DNA of 64,000 nucleotides from an uncultured delta proteobacterium (GTDB taxonomy: Bacteria > Myxococcota > Myxococcia > Myxococcales > Anaeromyxobacteraceae): contig CAWJSR010000050.1 in NCBI GenBank assembly GCA_963845515.1, forward strand, positions 1 through 64,000. Reading direction: 5' to 3'. Numbering within the stretch: the stretch's first letter is position 1; each line of letters starts with the position of its first letter. A program made the translations under genes and the position numbers. Below, one piece after another: positions 1 to 8,545 of the stretch. The notes below the pieces were generated by a model. It worked only from the letters and a program-made list of their open reading frames with translations, did no database searches and was not told where the DNA came from.

Positions 1-33
1 TCGTCCCGCTGCGCTGAGCGGTCCGACCGTGAG

Positions 34-777
34 TCACCGCGCCGGGAGCCTGTCCTCGCGGACCAGCCTCCGCGCCGCGAGGTCGAGCTCGGCGACCCGC
101 TCCTCCTCCCCGCGCCGGAAGAAGACGGCGAGCCGGCCACCCGCGGGGGCGGAGTAGCCCCGCACCTCGTCCACGTCGCGGAGCACGGCGACGTATCCGT
201 CGCCGTCGGCGCGCGACAGCCCCACCTGCACCCTGTCCCTCGGGCTGATGTCGCCGTCCCCGTCGGTGTCCGCCTCGGCGATCTCGAATCGGATCCCGAT
301 GAGTGCCCCCTTGCCGTGCGCGCCGCGCCCGCCGTCGACGTCCGGCCCCCAGGGGTCCGCCAGCTCACCTTCCCGGAGCACCTCCCACGCCGCGACGGCC
401 GCCCGGTCGTCTGCGCGCAACCAGCGCATCCGCCCGGTGGCGGCGTCGTGGAAGAGCAGGTTCCGCGTCCAGGTCCCGGCGGCCTCCCCCGATCCAGAGG
501 CGAAGGAGCCGCCGAAATGCTGCACGCCCACCAGCGGGAGGGCGGTCACCGGGGACCCCTCGATCGGCACGGGGAGACCGTACTCGACCCGATCGTCGCC
601 GGTCCCGCCGGCGGCCGCCTCGCCCCTCGGCTCCGGGCGCCGTCCCATGCGATCGATGGCCCCCGCGGTGAGCCCCACGAGCAGCGCCAGGGTCCCGACG
701 GCCAGGATGGCGAGGATGCCGACGGAGTTGACCCGGTTCACGGTGCGGAAGAAGCGCGCGGCTTTCATGCGCCGCAT
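34..777 (-). CDS. hypothetical membrane-anchored protein
   Basis: C-terminal part of ORF 34..1815; likely start MRRMKAARFF (777, or 768); one N-terminal TM segment; DTDGDGDISPRD Ca-binding-like loop. Confidence 0.6.
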   Translation of the reverse strand: MRRMKAARFFRTVNRVNSVGILAILAVGTLALLVGLTAGAIDRMGRRPEPRGEAAAGGTGDDRVEYGLPVPIEGSPVTALPLVGVQHFGGSFASGSGEAAGTWTRNLLFHDAATGRMRWLRADDRAAVAAWEVLREGELADPWGPDVDGGRGAHGKGALIGIRFEIAEADTDGDGDISPRDRVQVGLSRADGDGYVAVLRDVDEVRGYSAPAGGRLAVFFRRGEEERVAELDLAARRLVREDRLPAR

Positions 778-899
778 GGGAGCACGGCGGGTGGCGGCAC
801 ACAATGCGGCGCAGGCGCCCGGCGCCGCGCTGCGCGACGCGCGACGCGAGCGCGAGTGGGACCCCGACGGCTCGGCCGGCGAGGCCGCACGCCGCCCCG

Positions 900-2228
900 C
901 TACGACCTGTAGTCCGCGTTCTCCGTCACGTACTCGTGCGTGAGGTCGGCGCCGAGCACCTCTGCGCGGCCGCTCCCCACGCCCAGGTCGACCTCGATCT
1001 CGGTGCAGCGCTCGTGCGGCGGAAAGTCGATGGGCGGCTTGAAGGTGATGCCGTCCGGCGCCGGCCGCTGCGGATAGAGCTCCGAGTCGACCAGGTGGCG
1101 CGTCAGGCGTGCCTCCCGCTCGCCGCCGAGCTGGAAGACGCCACCCTCGACGATCACCTCGCCCCCCATCGTGAGCCGCGCCCTCGACGGGTCGAGCGGA
1201 ATCCCTCGCGCGCCCGCCTCCTTCCCGAGCGCCGCCACGAGGCGGCCGACGTTGGGGTCGTTGCCCGCGACCGCGGTCTTGAAGAGCGGCGAGTTGACGA
1301 TCGCCTTTCCGAGCTGCCGGGCGCTCGCGCCGTCCGGAGCGCCGCTGACGCGGACGCGCAGCACGTGGCGAACGCCCTCGCCGTTGCGGACGACGTCGTG
1401 GGCCAGCGCCCCGCAGACCTCTCGCAGGGCGGCGCGGAAGGCGGCCGCGTCCACCGGCCCCGCCTCGCCCGACGAGAGGAGCGCGACGGTGTCGGAGGTG
1501 CTGGTGTCGGAGTCGACGCTGATGCAGTTGAAGCTGCCGTCCACCGCCTCCGCGAGGGCTGCGCGGAGCTCCGCGCGCGGCACGGCGGCGTCGGTCAGGA
1601 GGTAGACGAGCATGGTGGCCATGTTGGGCTCCACCATCCCCGCGCCCTTCGCGATCCCGACGATCGACGCGCCGCCTGGGAGGTCGGCGCGGCGGACCTT
1701 CGGGTAGAGGTCGGTCGTCATGATCGCCTCGGCCGCCGGGAGCAGGCTCTCGCGCTGGAGCGCCGCGACGGCCCTCGGAAGGGCGCCGGCCATGGCTTCC
1801 ACGGGCAGCCGCCACCCGATGACCCCGGTCGACGACGGCAGGATCTCGGCGGCCGTGAGGGAGAGCAGCCTCGCGGCCTCCGCGCAGAGCCGCTCCGCGG
1901 CCTCGACGCCGCCAGGGGCGCAGACGTTGGAGATCTTGTTGTTGACGAGGACCGCCCCGAGCCGCTCCCCGCCCAGCCGCCCCCGGCCGACGATCACCGG
2001 AGCGCCCGGGAAGGCGTTCTTCGTGAAGACGGCGCCGAAGGAGTCGGTCGGGCGGTCGAGCGCGATGAGCGTCAAGCGCATCCTCGCCGGCTTCGCCACC
2101 TCGTACGGCGTGAACTCGAGCTCGGCGGTCCCGGCGCGAAAGCCCCGCGGAAGCCGCGCCTCGGTGGCGAGCCAGGCGCGGTGCTCCGCGCGGGAGACGA
2201 ACGTGTGCGTGCGATCGGTCATCTTCAT
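900..2228 (-). CDS. argJ: bifunctional ornithine acetyltransferase / N-acetylglutamate synthase
   Basis: Motifs SSTGVIG, IMTTD, KGAGMVEPNMATML, DTSTSD, GEG, NDPNVGR and C-terminal YVTENADYRS; C-terminal half of ORF 900..3869. Confidence 0.93.
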   Translation of the reverse strand: MKMTDRTHTFVSRAEHRAWLATEARLPRGFRAGTAELEFTPYEVAKPARMRLTLIALDRPTDSFGAVFTKNAFPGAPVIVGRGRLGGERLGAVLVNNKISNVCAPGGVEAAERLCAEAARLLSLTAAEILPSSTGVIGWRLPVEAMAGALPRAVAALQRESLLPAAEAIMTTDLYPKVRRADLPGGASIVGIAKGAGMVEPNMATMLVYLLTDAAVPRAELRAALAEAVDGSFNCISVDSDTSTSDTVALLSSGEAGPVDAAAFRAALREVCGALAHDVVRNGEGVRHVLRVRVSGAPDGASARQLGKAIVNSPLFKTAVAGNDPNVGRLVAALGKEAGARGIPLDPSRARLTMGGEVIVEGGVFQLGGEREARLTRHLVDSELYPQRPAPDGITFKPPIDFPPHERCTEIEVDLGVGSGRAEVLGADLTHEYVTENADYRS

Positions 2229-3869
2229 CCCAGGTGCTTCTGCCGGAGGGCGATCTTGTTCACCTTGCCGACGCTCGTCTTGTCGATCGCGTCGACGAAC
2301 TTCACGGCCGTGACGACGACCTGCTTGTTGAGCATCCCGCGGTGGGCGATGTCGTGGAGGTGGTGGTGCAGCTCCTTCTCGGTGAGCTTCCCGGCGGCCT
2401 CCGGCTTCGGGACGACGAGCGCGAGCGGCCGCTCGCCCCACTTCGCGTCGGGCATCGCGATGACCGCCGCCTCGCCGACGCCGGCGTGCGCGAGCAGCGC
2501 ATCCTCCAGCTCGAGCGACGAGATCCACTCGCCGCCGACCTTCACCACGTCCTTGATCCGGTCGGTGATCTTCAGGTACCCGCGCTCGTCTCGCCAGGCG
2601 ACGTCGCCGGTGTGGAGCCAGCCGCCGGCCCAGAGCTTGTCCGACGCCTTGGCGTCCTTGAGGTAGCCCTGGGTGAGCCACGGCGCGCGGACCACGATCT
2701 CGCCGGTCGAGCGCCCGTCGCGCGGCTGGTCGACCCCATTCTCGTCGCGCACGCGGACCTCGACGAGCGGGAGGGTCCGACCGGTCCGCGAGCGGAGCTC
2801 GGCCTGGCGCTCCGGCGGGGCGGCGAGATCCGCCTCGTCCAGGAAGGCGATCGAGAGGATCGGGCAGGTCTCGGACAGCCCGTAGCCGGCGGCGAGGTCG
2901 ATCCCGCGCGCCAGCGCAGCCTGCGCGAGCGCCCTGGGCAGCGCCGCGCCGCCGATCAGCACCTTCCACCGTGAGAGGTCGACCTTCTCGGTCCCGGGCG
3001 TCTTGAGGAGCATGTGGAGGATCGTCGGGACGCAGTGGGAGAAGGTGACCTGCTCCCTCTCGATGAGGGCGAGGAGCGCGTCGGGGGCGTAGCGCCCCGG
3101 GTAGACCTGCTTCAGGCCGAGCATCGTCGCGACGTAGGGGATGCCCCACGCGTGGACGTGGAACATCGGCGTGATCGGCATGTAGACGTCCCCCTGCCGG
3201 AGGGTGCAGTGGCGGGCGGTCCCGAGCGCGGCCGTGACGCCCAGCGTGTGGAGCACCAGCTGCCGGTGGGAGAAGTAGACGCCCTTGGGGTGGCCGGTGG
3301 TCCCGGTCGTGTAGAAGGTCGTCGCGCGCGTCTCCTCGTCGACGATCGGGGAACTCGAAGCGCGACGGCGCCGCGGCGAGGAGCGCCTCGTATTCGCCGG
3401 CGAGCGGCAGGGAGGTCGCGTGCGGCGCCGCGTCGTCGACCAGGAGCACGAGCGCCTTCGGTGGCTCGATCCTGCCGCGGATCGCCTCGAGGATCGGCAG
3501 GAAGTCGGCGTGGGCGAGGATGACGTCGTCCTCGGCGTGGTCGATCGTGTAGGCGATCTGCTCGGGCGAGAGCCGCACGTTGATGGTGTGGAGCACCGCC
3601 CCCATCATCGGCACGGCGAAGAAGGCCTCCAGGTAGCGGTGGCTGTCGTAGTCGAGCATCGCCACCGTGTCCCCGGCCTTCACCCCGAGGGCAGCCAGGG
3701 CGGCGGCGAGCCTGTGGACCCGCTCGCGGAACTGCGCGTAGGTGATCCGCACCTGCCCCCGGTAGACGATCTCCTGGTCGGGTGCGTCGACGACCGGTGA
3801 CTCGAAGAGCCGGCGGATCGTCAGGTCGTAGGCGTGGTGATCGGCAGGGCGGGGGGTCAACTGGGACAT
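2225..3869 (-). CDS. fatty-acid--CoA ligase (AMP-binding), frameshifted near 3345
   Basis: N-terminus in ORF 900..3869 up to SRFEFPD; after removing one base it continues ..FYTTGTTGHPKGV..GYGLSET..WLHTGD..KTSVGK into ORF 2225..3256. Confidence 0.88.
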
Positions 3870-3968
3870 GGCGGGGCCCTCTCCGGGGGGGCGCGCTACT
3901 CAAGCACAACGGCCCGCCCTCGCGCGCGTGATTTCGCGTCGCGTCGCCACGCCCGCTATTATGCGCGC

Positions 3969-5197
3969 GTGTCCACGGTCAACCCGCTGGCGAGGGAGAT
4001 CTCCGCCAAGATCGTCTATTACGGCCCCGGGCTGTCGGGGAAGACGACCAGCCTCCAGCGGGTCTACGACTTCGTCCGCCCGGAGAGCCGCGGCCAGCTC
4101 ATCTCCCTCAACACCGAGGGGGACCGGACGCTCTTCTTCGACTTCCTGCCGCTCAGGGTGGAGCAGGTCCGCGGACTGGCGCTGCGGCTCCAGCTCTACA
4201 CCGTGCCCGGCCAGGTCTTCTACGACGCCACGCGGAAGCTGGTGCTGAACGGCGCCGACGGCGTCGTCTTCGTCGCGGACTCGCAGCCCGCAGCCCACGA
4301 CCGGAACATGGAGTCGATGGAGAACCTGCGCGAGAACCTCGGCGAGCTGGGGATCGCCCTCGACGCCTTCCCGCTGGTCATCGAGTACAACAAGCGGGAC
4401 CTCCCCAACGTGATGCCGCTCGAGCTCCTCCGTCGCGACCTGAACCCGCGCGGCGTCCCGGACTTCGAGACGGTGGCCTCACGTGGCGTGAACATCATGC
4501 CGGCGCTCAAGGAGATCACCCGGCTCGTGATGGTCGACCTGCGCTCGCGGCAGCCGGCGCCGCGCAAGGTGATGGCCCCACTCGAGACGAAGGGGAGCCA
4601 CGCCTCGGAGTTCGCCGACCAGGTGAGCGCCGCCGCGGACGCAGGGGCGCGCACGGTCACGGCGTGGCCGCCGGTCCAGCCACCCGGCCCCGCCACGCAG
4701 CCCCCTCCCGCGCGCGCTGGCCCCGCGCTCCTGCGCCGACGCCGACGCCGGCCGCCCGCCACACCCCGATCGCAGCGGCCCCGACTCCTCCGCTTCCTCA
4801 GCCCGTCCCTCGGCCGGCGCCTGCGACCCCGGCCAGCCTGCGCCCGGCGCCACCGCGCCCTGAAGGCTTCGACCCGGCGACGCCGCTCGAGCTCAGCTTC
4901 ACGCGCCTCTTCCCGGGCCGGGGCGAGGCGGTCGGCGAGGTGGAGCACGCGATCAGGGAGCGGACGTTCGGCTCCGCGGTCCGGCGCGCCGCGGAGGGGC
5001 TCGCGGAGCTGATCGAGCGCCTCTTCCCGCCCGAGGATCAGCCGGGAGATCGGGCCGCGCTCCTCGGCATCGACGGACGCGACTACCTGCGCCTGTCGCT
5101 CCTCGCCGCGAAGCCGGACCCGGCGGTCACCGAGCAGGACGCGCTCTTCGGCCTCCACCTGCTCGTCGACGCGCTGATCAAGTCGCAGCGCCGCTAG
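3969..5197 (+). CDS. MglA-family small GTPase with Pro-rich linker and C-terminal helical domain, frameshifted near 4700-4730
   Basis: GTG start; KIVYYGPGLSGKTT, DRTLFFDFL, YTVPGQ, NKRD motifs; C-terminal domain lies in ORF 4664..5197. Confidence 0.82.
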
Positions 5198-5211
5198 CGG
5201 GCGCCGGGCGG

Positions 5212-6216
5212 TCAGCGCTCGGACAGGTCGACGAGCCCCAGCCGCCGCAGCTTCCGGATCACCTTCAGCGTCTCCACCTCGCGCAGCGGACACGCGAGCG
5301 CGATCGACGCCACGTCCCAGCTCCCGTTGATCCGCCCTGCCACCTCGCGATCGGTGGACGAGAGGCGGCGCGCCGCCGGGGAGTCGAGGCTGTCGATCCC
5401 GCCGAGGAGCGACGGGACGGCCACGGGAGAGAGCTCCTCGTAGAGCGCAGCGACCTGGTCCCGCTCCGCCTCCCTCAACAGGTTCCTGACGCGCCGATCC
5501 GACGGGTCGGCCTGCAGGAGGCTCCTGAACACGATGGCCGCCTCCTCGAACTGCCGCTCGACCACCAGCACCTGTGCCTTGGTGATGAGTGAGGAGATCG
5601 GATCTGCCTTCACCGCCACCCCCTCCACGTGGGCGAACCCCAGCTCGCGCAGCGCCTCGATGCGGCGAAGCACGGCCGGGCGCGAGAGGACCAGCGCGAG
5701 GCGCGTCTCGCCGATCGATGCGCGGCGCCGCGCCGCCTCGGCCATGGCGCGGAGGCCCGGCGAGCGGGGCCAGCCGCTGCCGTCCGCGGTCAGGAGCGAC
5801 GACTCGGAAGGGTAGCGACGGTCCAGGTCGATCCACTCGTCGAGCCGCCGCAGCCCCTCGAGGACCATCTGGTTCACGCCGAGGTCGAGCAGGACTCCAT
5901 CGTCGAACCCCGTGGCCGACTCGACGAGCGTGAAGCGCCCGTGGCCCGGCGAGAGGAACAGGTCGACGATCCTGTCAGCGCAGGACTCCGGCCAGAGCGC
6001 CTCCTCGCGCACCTCCGGCTTCCAGCCGGCGAGGCTGTCGATGCCCGCCGGCGACGGCGACGGCCGGGCCGCCATCACGATCCGGCGGTCGGCCACCTGC
6101 AGCCAGAACGGGCTGCCCTCCCCCGTGTCTATCTCCAGGACGCCGGAGCGGCGCCCCTGATCCATCCACTGGAACAGGTCCGGAAGGGGAAAAGTGGCCA
6201 GATCGCCGGTGAGCAC
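5212..6216 (-). CDS. DUF4388-domain protein with TPR-like segment
   Basis: N-terminal LTGDLATFPLPDLFQW..RRSGVL..LEGLRRLDEW pattern typical of DUF4388. Confidence 0.8.
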   Translation of the reverse strand: MLTGDLATFPLPDLFQWMDQGRRSGVLEIDTGEGSPFWLQVADRRIVMAARPSPSPAGIDSLAGWKPEVREEALWPESCADRIVDLFLSPGHGRFTLVESATGFDDGVLLDLGVNQMVLEGLRRLDEWIDLDRRYPSESSLLTADGSGWPRSPGLRAMAEAARRRASIGETRLALVLSRPAVLRRIEALRELGFAHVEGVAVKADPISSLITKAQVLVVERQFEEAAIVFRSLLQADPSDRRVRNLLREAERDQVAALYEELSPVAVPSLLGGIDSLDSPAARRLSSTDREVAGRINGSWDVASIALACPLREVETLKVIRKLRRLGLVDLSER

Positions 6217-6389
6217 GTGGATATTCTACACGCCCCGAGCGGGAGGTCCGAGCGCCCGCTTCCCCGCTTCAACGGGTCGCACCCACCCGGCCCCTCCCAC
6301 CGCGTCGACGATTGGTGAATTATCGGGCAACGATGTCTAATACATGGAGGGGCGTGGAAGCCCACACCGCTGCCTCCCCTGGGGGTCAC

Positions 6390-6593
6390 ATGGCACTGCT
6401 CATCCGATTCGCCGAGAACATCCATAGACTCCGGCTCAAGAACAAGCTCTCGCAGAAGGCGCTGGCCCGCCGCGTGGGCATCTCGGTCTCCTACGTGTCG
6501 ATGCTGGAGCGCGGCCACCGCTCCCCTCCGCTCGAGACGGTGGAGAAGCTCGCCAAGGCGCTCGGCGTCCCGCCGCCCAAGCTGCTGACCTAG
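6390..6593 (+). CDS. XRE-family helix-turn-helix regulator
   Basis: LSQKALARRVGISVSYVSMLERGHRSPPLETVEKLAKALGV. Confidence 0.88.
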   Translation: MALLIRFAENIHRLRLKNKLSQKALARRVGISVSYVSMLERGHRSPPLETVEKLAKALGVPPPKLLT

Positions 6594-6606
6594 CGGCCCC
6601 GCCGGA

Positions 6607-7131
6607 TCACGGGCGGCCGAGCGTCGGCTTGCCGCGGCTCCACTCCGCCGGCACGTTCTCCCCGGTCTGGAGCCCCTCCAGGACGCGGAGGATCTCGGAG
6701 ACGGACCGGCCGACCGCGGGCGGGTGGAAGCTCGCGAACTGGATGACGCCGGCCGGATCGACGAGGAAGGTGGCGCGTGACGCGACGCCCTCGTGCTCGA
6801 GGAGGGCACCGTACGCCCGGCTGATCTCCTTCCTGGGATCGGCCACCAGCGGGAAGCTCAGCTCGCCCAGGTCCATCGAGATCCAGGCGCGGTGCGAGTG
6901 CTTGGAGTCGGTGGAGATCCCCACGATCTCGGCGTTGAGCGCCGCGAACTCCCTGGCGCGGCGCGAGAGCTCCAGGAGCTCGGTCGGGCAGACCGTCGTG
7001 AAGTCGGCCGGGTAGAAGACCAGGACGACCCAGGAGCCGCCGTAGTCTTCGAGATCGAAGGGCTCGAACTCGCCCTTCCGGACTACCGCCGTCGCCTTGA
7101 ACCGGGGGGCTGCGTCGAGCACCGTCGCCAT
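6607..7131 (-). CDS. peroxiredoxin (AhpC/Prx1-like)
   Basis: FYPADFTTVCPTE, DSKHSHRAW, RATFLVDP, GRSVSEILR motifs. Confidence 0.9.
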   Translation of the reverse strand: MATVLDAAPRFKATAVVRKGEFEPFDLEDYGGSWVVLVFYPADFTTVCPTELLELSRRAREFAALNAEIVGISTDSKHSHRAWISMDLGELSFPLVADPRKEISRAYGALLEHEGVASRATFLVDPAGVIQFASFHPPAVGRSVSEILRVLEGLQTGENVPAEWSRGKPTLGRP

Positions 7132-7145
7132 CCTCGTCCTCCTGG

Positions 7146-7628
7146 CTACCGGCAAAGGGCAGCGCGCAGCGCGAGGCGCGCGTCGCGGCGGGCGTGGGCG
7201 TCGCTCTCGCGCCGCCGCTCCTCCTCGGTCTCGATCAGCAGCCCGGGGACCGCGGTTGGTCGGCCGTCGGCGCCGAGGGCGACGAAGGAGAGGAACGCGT
7301 CGCAGGTCTTGTGCCGCTCGCCCGTGAGCGGGTTCTCCGCGACGACCTCGACCCCCACCTCCATCGAGGAGCGGAACACGGCGTTGACCTGCGCCCGGAG
7401 CAGGGCCACGTAGCCGATCCTGATCGGTGCGAGGAAGGTGAGCTGGTCGATGGAGACGGTGACCACCGGGACGCCCGCGTGGCGCATGGCGCAGACGCCA
7501 CCGGCGAGGTCCGTCCACTGGACGATCCGACCGCCGAAGGCCGAGCCGAGCCCGTTCGCGTCGCTCGGCATGATGAGCTCGGTCATCTCGACCAGGGAGG
7601 CCGAGGGGGACTTTGCCGCGACTGGCAT
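7146..7628 (-). CDS. acyl-CoA thioesterase (hotdog fold)
   Basis: DANGLGSAFGG, VVTVSID, RSSMEVGVEV motifs. Confidence 0.88.
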   Translation of the reverse strand: MPVAAKSPSASLVEMTELIMPSDANGLGSAFGGRIVQWTDLAGGVCAMRHAGVPVVTVSIDQLTFLAPIRIGYVALLRAQVNAVFRSSMEVGVEVVAENPLTGERHKTCDAFLSFVALGADGRPTAVPGLLIETEEERRRESDAHARRDARLALRAALCR

Positions 7629-7704
7629 CAAACGACCTCTAACACGAACGGCGGCGGCGGCTGCAACCGCGTGGCGCCGGATCGTCGTATCATGCGCCTT
7701 CCCT

Positions 7705-8529
7705 ATGGAAGTCACCCTCATCGATTTCGCACGCGACCCGCTGCAGAAGCTGTACGGGGCCTACCGCACCTGCTACTCGCCCAAGACCCCGCGGGAGGTC
7801 TGGGAGGAGGTCCGGGAGGGGCGCGTCTCCCCCGACGCGATCCGTGAGTTCGTCGCAGAGCGGCTCAAGACCGGCCACTCCTCGCCGCTCGAGCAGGTGG
7901 TGTTCTGGTTCGGCATCTCCGGCGTCTCGCGGGCCCTCTCCCACCAGCTCGTCCGCCACCGGGTCGGGATCAGCTTCGAGCAGCAGTCGCAGCGCTACGT
8001 ACGGTACCGCGAGGACCGGCTGGAGTACGTGACGCCGAAGAGCTGGACGAAGGACCCGTCGATGGCCGCCGAGTACGACCGGCTCATGGCGGAGATCACC
8101 CGCGTCTACCAGGCCGCCCTGGAGAAGGGGATCCCCGCGGAGGACGCGCGCTTCGTCCTGCCGAACGCGACCCCGACCCACTTCCAGATCATGGTCAACT
8201 TCGCCGAGCTGCTCCACATCGCGGACCTGAGGCTCTGCCTGCGCGCGCAGTGGGAGATCCGGCAGCTGGTCGCGATGATGCGCCGCGAGGTCATGAGGGC
8301 CGTCCCCGAGATCGGCGGCTACCTCCAGCCGAAGTGCGGCGAGAAGCGGACGGGTTACTGCGACGAGCCGCGCAAGGACTGGGAGCAGTGCCCGCTCGGG
8401 AAGCTCCGGCCGCACAAGGAGCAGATCCTGGAGCTCTTCGCCCGCCACCAGGGCGGCAACCTGGCCCCGCTCACCGAGGAGCACCTGCGGCGCGTCGAGG
8501 ACGCTGGCGAAGACGGCGGCCCTGCCTAG
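7705..8529 (+). CDS. thyX: FAD-dependent thymidylate synthase
   Basis: GHSSPLE, HQLVRHRVGISFEQQSQRY (ThyX motif), EDARFVLP, AQWEIR. Confidence 0.93.
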   Translation: MEVTLIDFARDPLQKLYGAYRTCYSPKTPREVWEEVREGRVSPDAIREFVAERLKTGHSSPLEQVVFWFGISGVSRALSHQLVRHRVGISFEQQSQRYVRYREDRLEYVTPKSWTKDPSMAAEYDRLMAEITRVYQAALEKGIPAEDARFVLPNATPTHFQIMVNFAELLHIADLRLCLRAQWEIRQLVAMMRREVMRAVPEIGGYLQPKCGEKRTGYCDEPRKDWEQCPLGKLRPHKEQILELFARHQGGNLAPLTEEHLRRVEDAGEDGGPA

Positions 8530-8545
8530 CTGCATCCCACCGCGC

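Noticed and set aside
828..858. gcgcgac short tandem repeat
   Set aside because: Too short and low in complexity for a GC-rich background
900..3869. 989-aa ORF as a CoA ligase-ArgJ fusion
   Set aside because: Artefact of the frameshift near 3345; the middle is off-frame sequence and the true ligase C-terminus ends at 2225
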